Below, piece by piece: positions 56,080 to 63,909 of a stretch of DNA of 64,000 nucleotides; within the stretch, counting starts at the first letter, position 1, and each line of letters begins with the position of its first letter. The DNA is from Patescibacteria group bacterium (lineage in GTDB: Bacteria; Patescibacteriota; Patescibacteriia; UBA1558; GWA2-36-10): assembly GCA_041662585.1 (NCBI GenBank), contig JBAZSG010000006.1, positions 4,155 through 68,154 of the forward strand, given 5' to 3'. The notes beneath the pieces are model-generated. The model saw nothing but the letters and a program-made list of their open reading frames with translations, ran no database searches and had not been told where the DNA came from. The translations under genes were made by a program, and so were the position numbers.

Positions 56080-57315
56080 ATGAAATTAATTACTACCACA
56101 AAAATAGCTTTAGTTGCTCTAAATAAAAATAGAATCAGGACTTTTTTGACTATTTTGGGAGTAATGATTGGTATTTCTTCAGTGACAGTCATCATTTCAG
56201 CTGGTGATAGTATTAGAGCTTTGGTTCAGAATCAAGTATCTAGCTTTGGTTCGGATTTTATACAAACAGAAGTGAGAGTCCCATCTTCAGGAGGTGGAGT
56301 AGCTAGTCAAGCTCAAGGTATAGCTATAACCACAATGAAAGATAGTGATAGGGAAGATATATTGGAATTACCATATATATCCAAAGCCTATTCAGCTATT
56401 ACTGCTCAAGAAGTTATTTCTTGGCAAGGAGAGATAAAAAAATCTTTGATCTATGGAGTGACCGAAGATTATATCAATATTGATAGTACAGAAATAGCTG
56501 AAGGTAGATTTTTTACCGATGAAGAAGGTGATTCTTTGGCTAGAGTAGTAGTGTTAGGTGCCAAAGTCAAAGAAGATTTATTTGGCTCCAGTCCAGCAAT
56601 TGGACAAAATGTAAAAATTCATAAACAAAATTACAAAGTAGTTGGTGTAGCAGCTTCAAGAGGAGCAGTATTCTTTTTTGATTTTGATGATTTAGTATAT
56701 ATTCCATTAAAAACTACTCAAAAATTAATATTGGGTATAGATCATGTTTTATCTATTACTTCTCAATTGTCTGATCCAAGTCGTGAAGATGAGATGGTCA
56801 ATGCTATAGAAAATATAATGAGAGCAAATCATGATATTGATAATCCAGATAGAGATGATTTTGAAGTAGCTTCTATGGCTGATGCTCAAGATTTACTCAA
56901 TACTATCATTGGTGGTATTACTTTATTATTGGTAGCTCTAGCAGCTGTATCACTAGTAGTCGGTGGAGTAGGTATTATGAATATCATGTATGCTACAGTC
57001 TCTGAGAGAACCTTTGAAATAGGTCTTCGTAAAGGAGTGGGAGCTAGTAAAAAAGATATTTTGCAACAATTTTTAGCTGAAGCAGTAGTCATTACTTTAT
57101 GGGGTGGTATTTTTGGTATAATTTTGGGCATTGTATTTATATATGCTGTTTATATAATAGCCAATAAATATAAGCTAGATTGGAGCTTTTCTATATCAAT
57201 ATTAGGTCTAATACTAGCCTTGGGCTTTTCGGTGGCTGTAGGGCTTGTTTTTGGCCTTTATCCAGCCAAAAAAGCCGCTGAGTTGGATCCAATTACTGCT
57301 CTGCGAAGGGAATAG
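56080..57315 (+). CDS. ABC transporter permease, FtsX/MacB-type (paralog)
   Basis: 411 aa; same architecture ('EIGLRKGVGASKKDI'). Confidence 0.8.
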   Translation: MKLITTTKIALVALNKNRIRTFLTILGVMIGISSVTVIISAGDSIRALVQNQVSSFGSDFIQTEVRVPSSGGGVASQAQGIAITTMKDSDREDILELPYISKAYSAITAQEVISWQGEIKKSLIYGVTEDYINIDSTEIAEGRFFTDEEGDSLARVVVLGAKVKEDLFGSSPAIGQNVKIHKQNYKVVGVAASRGAVFFFDFDDLVYIPLKTTQKLILGIDHVLSITSQLSDPSREDEMVNAIENIMRANHDIDNPDRDDFEVASMADAQDLLNTIIGGITLLLVALAAVSLVVGGVGIMNIMYATVSERTFEIGLRKGVGASKKDILQQFLAEAVVITLWGGIFGIILGIVFIYAVYIIANKYKLDWSFSISILGLILALGFSVAVGLVFGLYPAKKAAELDPITALRRE

Positions 57316-57340
57316 AGGACAGACAACAAGATAGAGATTA

Positions 57341-57367
57341 TTAGCACTCCTTGACTTAGAGTGCTAA
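57341..57367 (+). promoter_or_regulatory. CIRCE operator (TTAGCACTC-N9-GAGTGCTAA), HrcA binding site
   Basis: Perfect match to the CIRCE consensus, 30 bp upstream of the hrcA-like start. Confidence 0.85.
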
Positions 57368-57397
57368 TTTGGTATATAATGTAATAAAGAAAATTTT

Positions 57398-58057
57398 ATG
57401 GAAGATAGAGGTCAAAAATTACTCAAAGAAATTGTTGATATTCATATCAAGACTGCTCGTCCAGTAGGCTCTTCAATGTTGGCAGAGAGCAAAAAATTTG
57501 ATTTGTCTCCAGCCACTATTCGTAATGCCATGTATGAACTGGAGACTGAAGGATATATAGCTCAGCCACATACTTCAGCTGGACGTATACCAACTGTGAT
57601 GGGTTACAAATATTATTTGGACAATTTGCTTAATATCAAAAATTTAAATGACAAAGAAAACAAAGAATTGACTCAAGCCTACAACAATGATGTGCGTGAG
57701 CTGGCCAAATTAATAGTCAACAAAACCAATCTAGCTACCATTGTCGGATTTTCACCAACTGATCTTTATTTTACAGGCTTGTTCAATCTTTTCTCTCAGC
57801 CAGAGTTTGAAGATTATAAGATGGTATTATCAATGACCAAAGTAGTTGATTCTTTGGAAAAAGCTATGGCTGATATTTATCATCAAATAGACAAACCACT
57901 AGTTTTAATTGGCCATGACAATCCATTTTCTTCGGATTGTTCGGTCGCTATTACACCTATTAGTGGTGGAAGATTACTAGCCATACTTGGCCCAATGCGT
58001 ATGGATTACAACAAAGTATTAGGATTATTAGCAGAAATTACTAAAATTATAAAATAA
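57398..58057 (+). CDS. hrcA: HrcA-like heat-inducible transcription repressor (short, 219 aa)
   Basis: N-terminus 'QKLLKEIVDIHIKTARPVGSSMLAE' matches the HrcA winged-helix start; preceded by CIRCE and followed by grpE-dnaK-dnaJ; ~120 aa shorter than typical HrcA. Confidence 0.6.
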   Translation: MEDRGQKLLKEIVDIHIKTARPVGSSMLAESKKFDLSPATIRNAMYELETEGYIAQPHTSAGRIPTVMGYKYYLDNLLNIKNLNDKENKELTQAYNNDVRELAKLIVNKTNLATIVGFSPTDLYFTGLFNLFSQPEFEDYKMVLSMTKVVDSLEKAMADIYHQIDKPLVLIGHDNPFSSDCSVAITPISGGRLLAILGPMRMDYNKVLGLLAEITKIIK

Positions 58058-58545
58058 TGCATAATAAAAAAGACAAAAAAGAAAATAAAGACAAAGTAGA
58101 GAAAGTAAATTTTGAAGTGCAAGCAGCTGCCAATTTGGCTGGTTGGCAAAAAGCTTTGGCTGATTATCAAAATTTGCAAAAAGAAATGAGCAAGCGTTTG
58201 TCTGATATGAATGATTTTGTAGCTGCCAATTTCTTATTAGAGCTATTACCAATTTTTGATAATTATCAAATAGCTATTTCTCATGTGCCAGCCAAAGAAA
58301 AAAAAGAAGCTTGGGCTGTGGGCTTGGAACATATACTCAAGCTGTGGGAAAGCTTTTTGACTGATCATGGACTGAGCAAAATAAAAGCTCTTGGTGAGCA
58401 ATTTGATCCAAATTTGCATGAAGCAGTTGGTCAAATAAATGATAAAGAAAAAGCTGATCAAATAATTTTAGAAGAAAAATTGGCTGGGTATACATCTAAA
58501 GATAGAGTAATTCGTCCAGCCAAAGTGATTATCAATAATAATTAA
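58057..58545 (+). CDS. grpE: nucleotide exchange factor GrpE
   Basis: 162 aa; coiled-coil N-terminal half, C-terminal 'LEEKLAGYTSKDRVIRPAKV' GrpE beta domain; operon context. Confidence 0.75.
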   Translation: MHNKKDKKENKDKVEKVNFEVQAAANLAGWQKALADYQNLQKEMSKRLSDMNDFVAANFLLELLPIFDNYQIAISHVPAKEKKEAWAVGLEHILKLWESFLTDHGLSKIKALGEQFDPNLHEAVGQINDKEKADQIILEEKLAGYTSKDRVIRPAKVIINNN

Positions 58546-58572
58546 TTATTAATAAAGAAAGGAGAAAACATT

Positions 58573-58971
58573 ATGTCACTTATACCATGGAGTCCACTTT
58601 TAGACACCTTTGATTCATTGGAAAAAGGTTTTAGCAACTTTTTGCCAGCTATGGATGTCTATGAAGAACATGACAATGTAGTCGTTGAAGCAACACTTGC
58701 TGGTATCAGGCCAGAAGATGTAAATATCAATGTCCACGATGATGTTTTGACCTTAGAGGGCAAACGGGAGACTTCTAGCGAAGTAGATGAAAAAAATTAT
58801 TATCGCAAAGAGGTACGCAGTGGTTCATTTAATCGTAGTGTAGTATTACCAGCAGCAGTGCAAGCTGATAAGGCTGAAGCCAATTTTGAAAATGGGTTAC
58901 TTAAAATATTGTTACCAAAACAAGACGAATCTAAATCAAAAAATATTAAGATTAATATAAATAAGAAATAA
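58573..58971 (+). CDS. Hsp20/alpha-crystallin family small heat-shock protein
   Basis: 132 aa; 'AMDVYEEHDNVVVEATLAGIRPEDVNINVHDDVLTLEGKRE' alpha-crystallin domain. Confidence 0.8.
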   Translation: MSLIPWSPLLDTFDSLEKGFSNFLPAMDVYEEHDNVVVEATLAGIRPEDVNINVHDDVLTLEGKRETSSEVDEKNYYRKEVRSGSFNRSVVLPAAVQADKAEANFENGLLKILLPKQDESKSKNIKININKK

Positions 58972-59307
58972 ATGATAAATAATTTCAACTCACCACTTAA
59001 CTTGAAATTAATCAAGCAATGTCCAATTTGTTCAGCTGATTATAGTCAGACAAATATACAAATTTTGGATGAAAATGAGTTTGGTGTACTTACTTATGCT
59101 AGTTGTGATAGCTGTCGAGCCAATTTACTTACCAAGTTTTCTTCTTTACCACAAGGAGTGATAGGCAATGCTATACTCACTGATTTGAGTCCTCAAGAAG
59201 TATTGGATTTTGCTGTAGAAAATGAGATTGATGCTGATGATGTATTGGGTATTCAAGCCATGCTAACCAAGAAAGAATTAATAAAAAATTTAAAAAAATT
59301 AGTATAA
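58972..59307 (+). CDS. hypothetical zinc-ribbon protein (CxxC...CxxC) within the heat-shock operon
   Basis: 111 aa; 'CPICSADY' and 'CDSCRANL'. Confidence 0.4.
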   Translation: MINNFNSPLNLKLIKQCPICSADYSQTNIQILDENEFGVLTYASCDSCRANLLTKFSSLPQGVIGNAILTDLSPQEVLDFAVENEIDADDVLGIQAMLTKKELIKNLKKLV

Positions 59308-59319
59308 TATAAAAAACAT

Positions 59320-61230
59320 ATGGGAAAAATTATTGGAATTGACTTGGGAACCACAAACTCTGCTGTTGCTATTATAGAGGGTGGTAAACCAAAAATTTTG
59401 GAAAACAAAGAAGGTAACCGTACTACTCCATCTATGGTTGCTATTTCCAAAAACGGAGAACGCTTAGTTGGTATTGCTGCCAAACGTCAAGCAGTCACCA
59501 ATTCGGCCAATACTATTTTTTCAGTCAAAAGATTGATTGGTAGAAAATATAATGATCCAGCCATTAAAGAAGATATAGATACTGTGTCTTATAAAATTGT
59601 TAAAGCTGGAGAGGGAGTAAAAGTAAAAATGGGAGATAAAGAACATACTCCTCAAGAAATTTCAGCTATGATACTACAAAAAATCAAAGCTGACGCTGAA
59701 GAAAAATTGGGTGAGCCAGTCACTGAAGCAGTGATTACTGTGCCAGCTTATTTTGATGATGGACAACGTCAGGCCACCAAAGATGCTGGTAAGATTGCTG
59801 GTTTGGAAGTAAAACGTATTATCAACGAGCCAACTGCTGCTGCCCTAGCTTATGGTTTTGACAAGAAAAAAGATCAACAAGTAGTAGTTTATGATCTTGG
59901 TGGTGGTACATTTGATGTATCAATCCTAGATGTATCTTCAGATACAGTAGAAGTAAAAGCTACCAATGGTGATACTCACTTGGGTGGTGATGATTTTGAT
60001 CAGATAATTATTGCTTGGATTTTAGCAGAGTACAAAAAACAAGAGGGTATTGATTTATCTGGCGATCCTTTGGCCATGCAAAGACTCAAAGAGTCTGCTG
60101 AAAAAGCCAAAACAGAACTTTCTTCATCAATGGAAACAGAAATCAATCAACCATTTATCACTACTGATGAATCTGGTCCAAAACATTTGGTAATGAAAAT
60201 TACTAGAGCTAAGCTAGAAGAGTTGGTTGGTGATTTGGTAGCCAAAACTCTAGAACCATGTAAAAAGGCTTTGGCCGATGCTAAAATAACAATTAAGGAT
60301 ATTGAAGAAGTAATCATGGTTGGTGGCATGACTAGAATGCCATTGGTCCAAAAGAAAGTAGAAGAATTTTTTGGTAAAAAACCAAATATATCAGTAAACC
60401 CTGATGAAGTAGTAGCTCTTGGTGCGGCAGTACAAGCTGGTGTATTACAAGGTGATGTCAAAGATGTATTGCTTCTTGATGTCACACCTTTGACATTGGG
60501 AATTGAAACTATGGGTGGAATACGTACTCCACTGATAGAAAGAAACGCTACTATTCCTACTTCAAAATCTCAAATATTTTCTACAGCCGCTGATAATCAA
60601 GACACCGTAGAAATACATGTCTTACAAGGTGAGCGTCAAATGGCTCAAGACAACAAGACACTAGGTAGATTTACTTTATCTGGTATTCCTCCAGCTCCTC
60701 GTGGTGTGCCACAAATTGAAGTGAGTTTTGATATTGATGCCAACGGTATTTTAAATGTAAAGGCAGTTGATAAAGCCACTAACAAAGAACAGTCTATTAC
60801 TATCAAATCATCTTCAGGTCTTAGTGATGCTGAGGTAGAAAAAATGACCAAAGATGCTGAGGCTCATGCCGAAGAAGATAAAAAGAAAAAAGAAGAAGTA
60901 GAAGTCAGAAATAGTGCTGATCATATTGTCTTTCAAACAGAGAAATTTATCAAAGATAATAAAGACAAAATAAAAGAAGAAGATAAAAAAGAAATGGAAG
61001 AAAAGATGGAAGCTTTGAAGAAAGTCAAAGATGATTCTGATTTAGAGAAGGTAAAATCAGCTGTCAAAGACATGGAAGAAGTCGTACAAAAAATTGGCGC
61101 AGCTATGTATCAAAATCAAGCTCAAGAACAGCAAAATACTGCTGGTGCTGCTGGTCCAGAGACAGATAAAAAAGCTGACAAAGAGCCAGTTGAAGGTGAC
61201 TTTGAAGAAGTAAAAGAAAATAAAAAATAA
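59320..61230 (+). CDS. dnaK: molecular chaperone DnaK (Hsp70)
   Basis: 636 aa; '[13 protein letters not shown]', '[12 protein letters not shown]', '[15 protein letters not shown]'. Confidence 0.95.
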   Translation: MGKIIGIDLGTTNSAVAIIEGGKPKILENKEGNRTTPSMVAISKNGERLVGIAAKRQAVTNSANTIFSVKRLIGRKYNDPAIKEDIDTVSYKIVKAGEGVKVKMGDKEHTPQEISAMILQKIKADAEEKLGEPVTEAVITVPAYFDDGQRQATKDAGKIAGLEVKRIINEPTAAALAYGFDKKKDQQVVVYDLGGGTFDVSILDVSSDTVEVKATNGDTHLGGDDFDQIIIAWILAEYKKQEGIDLSGDPLAMQRLKESAEKAKTELSSSMETEINQPFITTDESGPKHLVMKITRAKLEELVGDLVAKTLEPCKKALADAKITIKDIEEVIMVGGMTRMPLVQKKVEEFFGKKPNISVNPDEVVALGAAVQAGVLQGDVKDVLLLDVTPLTLGIETMGGIRTPLIERNATIPTSKSQIFSTAADNQDTVEIHVLQGERQMAQDNKTLGRFTLSGIPPAPRGVPQIEVSFDIDANGILNVKAVDKATNKEQSITIKSSSGLSDAEVEKMTKDAEAHAEEDKKKKEEVEVRNSADHIVFQTEKFIKDNKDKIKEEDKKEMEEKMEALKKVKDDSDLEKVKSAVKDMEEVVQKIGAAMYQNQAQEQQNTAGAAGPETDKKADKEPVEGDFEEVKENKK

Positions 61231-61236
61231 GTCCTC

Positions 61237-62343
61237 ATGGCCAAAGATTTTTATAAAATTTTAGGAGTTAATAAAACAGCTAGTGAAGCGGAAATAAAAA
61301 AAGCTTTTCGCAAACTAGCGCACCAGCATCATCCTGACAAAGCCAATGGTAATGCCGATAAGTTCAAGGAAATAAACGAAGCTTATCAGGTCTTGTCCAA
61401 CAAAGAAAAACGTAGTCAGTACGATCAATTTGGTTCTACTTTTGATGGAGCAGGTGGCAATCCTTTTGGTGGAGGCAATCCTTTTGGACAGGGCAATATG
61501 GGAGGTTTTGATTTTTCCGGAGCTCAAAATATGGATTTTGATTTGGGAGATATATTTGGTCAGTTTTTTGGTGGAGGAGCATCAAATAGCAGAGCTAGAA
61601 GTCAAAGAGGTCAAGATATACAAGTTGATATGGAAATTACTCTCAAAGAAGCTGTTTTTGGTAAAACAGATACTTTCTCTTTGCGCAAACAAGTAGCTTG
61701 TCCACCTTGTAAAGGTACAGGCGCAGAAAAAGGTACCTCCTATGAAAAATGTCCAACTTGTGATGGCAGTGGTAAGATTGCTACTACAGTACTAGGTACT
61801 TTTCGTACTCAAACTGTCTGTCCAGAATGTATGGGACAAGGTAAGTTGATTAAAAACAAATGTGGTGCTTGTCATGGTCAAGGATTCAATGAAGAAAATG
61901 TAGATATCAAAGTAGAAATACCAGCTGGTATAGACGATGGTCAAGCTATTCGTTTGGCTGGGCAAGGTAATGCTGGTAACAATGGATCTCCAGCTGGTGA
62001 TATGTATGTCAATGTTCATGTCAAAAATGAACCAGGTTTTGAGAGACATGGCAGTGACTTGGTGAGTGAATATGATATTCCATTTACTGTAGCTGCCTTG
62101 GGTGGGGAGATACAGGTCAAAACTATTGATTCTAAAGTAAAACTTAAAATACCAGCTGGTACTCCTAGTGGCAAACAATTTGTTTTGAGAGACAAAGGTG
62201 TCACTCATCTTAGGTCTCGTGGTCGTGGTAATCAAATAGTCATAGTCAATGTAGATGTGCCCAAAAAACTGACTAAAAAACAAAAAGATTTATTAGAAGA
62301 ACTAAATAAAGAATTTTTTGTTAGTAAAAAGGGATGGTTTTAA
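61237..62343 (+). CDS. dnaJ: molecular chaperone DnaJ (Hsp40), type I with CxxCxGxG zinc-finger domain
   Basis: 368 aa; J domain 'DFYKILGV..HPDK', G/F-rich region, four CxxCxG repeats. Confidence 0.9.
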   Translation: MAKDFYKILGVNKTASEAEIKKAFRKLAHQHHPDKANGNADKFKEINEAYQVLSNKEKRSQYDQFGSTFDGAGGNPFGGGNPFGQGNMGGFDFSGAQNMDFDLGDIFGQFFGGGASNSRARSQRGQDIQVDMEITLKEAVFGKTDTFSLRKQVACPPCKGTGAEKGTSYEKCPTCDGSGKIATTVLGTFRTQTVCPECMGQGKLIKNKCGACHGQGFNEENVDIKVEIPAGIDDGQAIRLAGQGNAGNNGSPAGDMYVNVHVKNEPGFERHGSDLVSEYDIPFTVAALGGEIQVKTIDSKVKLKIPAGTPSGKQFVLRDKGVTHLRSRGRGNQIVIVNVDVPKKLTKKQKDLLEELNKEFFVSKKGWF

Positions 62344-62396
62344 TCCTTGACTTTTTCTTGATTTTTATTTATAATTTATTCCGTTATTTATATATT

Positions 62397-62472
62397 GCCA
62401 TCCTAGCTCAGTTGGTAGAGCAACGGTTTTGTAAACCGTCGGTCGTCGGTTCGAGTCCGACGGATGGCTCCA
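62397..62472 (+). tRNA. tRNA-Thr (anticodon TGT)
   Basis: Hand-folded cloverleaf: acceptor GCCATCC/GGATGGC, D-arm GCTC-AGTTGGTA-GAGC, anticodon arm ACGGT-TTTGTAA-ACCGT (positions 34-36 = TGT), T-arm GTCGG-TTCGAGT-CCGAC, encoded CCA. Confidence 0.85.
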
Positions 62473-62510
62473 TCATTCACTTATTTTAAAGAATTATTAA
62501 AAACATTGAT

Positions 62511-62666
62511 ATGTCACAAGATAATTTAGCCAAACTAGAGTGTACTGAATGTCACAGTATTAATTACCATAGTCACAGAAATAAAAAAACTGTAAAAGAA
62601 AGACTAGAAGTAAAAAAACATTGCAAAAAGTGTAAAAAACACACAATGCATAAAGAAACTAAATAA
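62511..62666 (+). CDS. rpmG: 50S ribosomal protein L33
   Basis: 51-aa ORF absent from the ORF track (below its length cutoff): [51 protein letters not shown]; matches the L33 pattern (LECTEC..NY....KN....RLE.KK.C..C.KHT.HKE.K). Confidence 0.8.
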   Translation: MSQDNLAKLECTECHSINYHSHRNKKTVKERLEVKKHCKKCKKHTMHKETK

Positions 62667-62700
62667 TCCCAGCCCAATCCTTGGGAGGGATTATTTCTTA
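62667..62700 (+). terminator. terminator hairpin after rpmG (TCCC-AG-CCCAA-TCC-TTGGG-AG-GGGA + TTATTTCTT)
   Basis: Read directly. Confidence 0.45.
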
Positions 62701-62750
62701 ATGGGATATGGATTATTGAAAAGATTAAAATTTTTATAAACACTTGGTAG

Positions 62751-62824
62751 GGGGGAGTATTTCAGTGGTAGAATGCTGGTCTCCAAAACCAGCGACGAGG
62801 GTTCGATTCCTTCCTCCCCTGCCA
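62751..62824 (+). tRNA. tRNA-Trp (anticodon CCA)
   Basis: Hand-folded: acceptor GGGGGAG/CTCCCCT (G1-U72 wobble), anticodon arm CTGGT-CTCCAAA-ACCAG (34-36 = CCA), T-arm GAGGG-TTCGATT-CCTTC, discriminator G, CCA encoded; closely resembles canonical bacterial tRNA-Trp. Confidence 0.8.
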
Positions 62825-62827
62825 AAT

Positions 62828-62918
62828 GTTTAGAAGATAGTTTGGTCTCCATCCAGCCCCTCGCGAGGGGCTGGATCCAAAACCTCTAGCGTGGGTCCGA
62901 TTCCTACCGCCCCTGCCA
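62828..62918 (+). pseudogene. degenerate tRNA-Trp copy lacking a 5' acceptor strand, with a 26-bp perfect GC-rich palindrome (ATCCAGCCCCTCGCGAGGGGCTGGAT, 62851-62876) where the CCA anticodon should be
   Basis: D-arm-like GTTTAGAAGATAG, anticodon-stem/loop halves GGTCTCCA | palindrome | TCCAAAACCTC, variable TAGC, T-arm GTGGG-TCCGATT-CCTAC, acceptor 3' strand CGCCCCT-G-CCA; starts only 3 nt after the intact tRNA-Trp CCA. Confidence 0.45.
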
Positions 62919-62973
62919 AAAGAGCAAGATATTCAGTATCTTGTTTTTTTGATATACTAAATATATTAAAATT
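62913..62973 (+). repeat. 61-bp direct repeat, copy A (terminator-like hairpin CAAGATA-loop-TATCTTG + T7 + promoter-like GATATACTAAAtATATTAAAATT)
   Basis: 54/61 identical to 63836..63896; differences confined to the hairpin loop (TTCAGT vs GTTATT) and one T/G. Confidence 0.8.
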
Positions 62974-62980
62974 ATATATT

Positions 62981-63319
62981 ATGAAAGAAATAAATTGGAA
63001 AGATTTTGATAAGGTTGAAGTAAGAGTGGGGACTATTATAGAAGTAGAAGATTTTCCGGAAGCTAAGATACCGGCTTATAAAATAAAAGTCGATTTTGGT
63101 AATGAAATTGGGATTAAAAAATCAAGTGCTAGAATTACAAATTTATATACAAAAGAAGAATTGTTAAATAAAAAAATAATTGCTGTAGTTAATTTTCCAC
63201 CAAAACAGATTGGTCCATTTGTTTCTGAATTTCTTTGCGCTGGTTTTTATAGGAAAGATGGTACAGTGGTATTAGCAGTTCCAGATAAAGATATTCCCAA
63301 TGGCAGTAAACTTGGTTAA
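62981..63319 (+). CDS. tRNA-binding domain protein (CsaA/Trbp111-like, EMAP/Myf fold)
   Basis: 112 aa from the ATG at 62981 ('[40 protein letters not shown]...'). The track's 62891 start runs through the pseudo-tRNA and repeat and is not used. Confidence 0.6.
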   Translation: MKEINWKDFDKVEVRVGTIIEVEDFPEAKIPAYKIKVDFGNEIGIKKSSARITNLYTKEELLNKKIIAVVNFPPKQIGPFVSEFLCAGFYRKDGTVVLAVPDKDIPNGSKLG

Positions 63320-63338
63320 TTTTTTATATAAAATATTA

Positions 63339-63368
63339 GGGTAGAAGTCGTGGCTTCTACCCTTTTTT
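63339..63368 (+). terminator. rho-independent terminator (GGGTAGAAG-TCGTGG-CTTCTACCC + TTTTTT)
   Basis: 9-bp perfect stem plus T6 immediately after the tRNA-binding protein gene. Confidence 0.75.
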
Positions 63369-63382
63369 GATTGTTGCGAATC

Positions 63383-63607
63383 TTACGGACAAATGCTATT
63401 AGCATCAGGTACCGTAAAAGATGATACTCTAATTTGACCAACTGGGAGATCTACGTTTACTCCCTGTGCTCTAAGATATGGCGTAGCATGATCTGCCGAG
63501 ACATAAATCTCTTTAGCTTTTACACCGGCTTTAATTAGAGCAGTGGTCAGATCAGCTAAGTCATGCTGATCAGCAACAATAACTAAACGTTTGACGGCCA
63601 TAGCCAT
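63383..63607 (-). CDS. small hypothetical protein encoded in a locally GC-enriched patch
   Basis: 74 aa (MAMAVKRLVIVADQHDLADLTTALIKAGVKAKEIYVSADHATPYL...); GC visibly higher than the flanks; no confident family assignment. Confidence 0.35.
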   Translation of the reverse strand: MAMAVKRLVIVADQHDLADLTTALIKAGVKAKEIYVSADHATPYLRAQGVNVDLPVGQIRVSSFTVPDANSICP

Positions 63608-63835
63608 CCTCCAATCTTAAAAACTAATCACCTTGATTGATGATTAGTTTTTTATATCTTTCTATATTTTTTAGAATTTTAAGAACGCCACAAAAAGCTA
63701 ATCACCATGGATAGCTTTGGTAGCGGTTGGTTTGTTCTTAAAATATTTCTCATAAGTCTATATATTACTACATTTTTACAAAATGTCAATTTAATAATTT
63801 TTATCAAAAAATCTTCCAACTTCGTCCCACAATCT

Positions 63836-63896
63836 CTGCCAAAAGAGCAAGATAGTTATTATCTTGTTTTTTTGATATACTAAAGATATTAAAATT
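63836..63896 (+). repeat. 61-bp direct repeat, copy B
   Basis: See copy A; located just upstream of the lipoprotein gene start. Confidence 0.8.
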
Positions 63897-63909
63897 TAAA
63901 TTAAATTTT

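Noticed and set aside
62891-63319. 142-aa version of the tRNA-binding protein ORF starting at 62891
   Set aside because: The N-terminal 30 codons are translated across the pseudo-tRNA T-arm/acceptor and the 61-bp repeat. The internal ATG at 62981 follows the promoter-like part of the repeat and yields a 112-aa protein typical of Trbp111/CsaA.
63383-63607. Assignment of the 74-aa GC-rich ORF to a specific family (considered DsrH/TusB-like and B12-binding DxHDxG-like)
   Set aside because: The motif matches are too loose (DQHDLA is not DxHxxG) and the protein is too short to trust. It is left as hypothetical.
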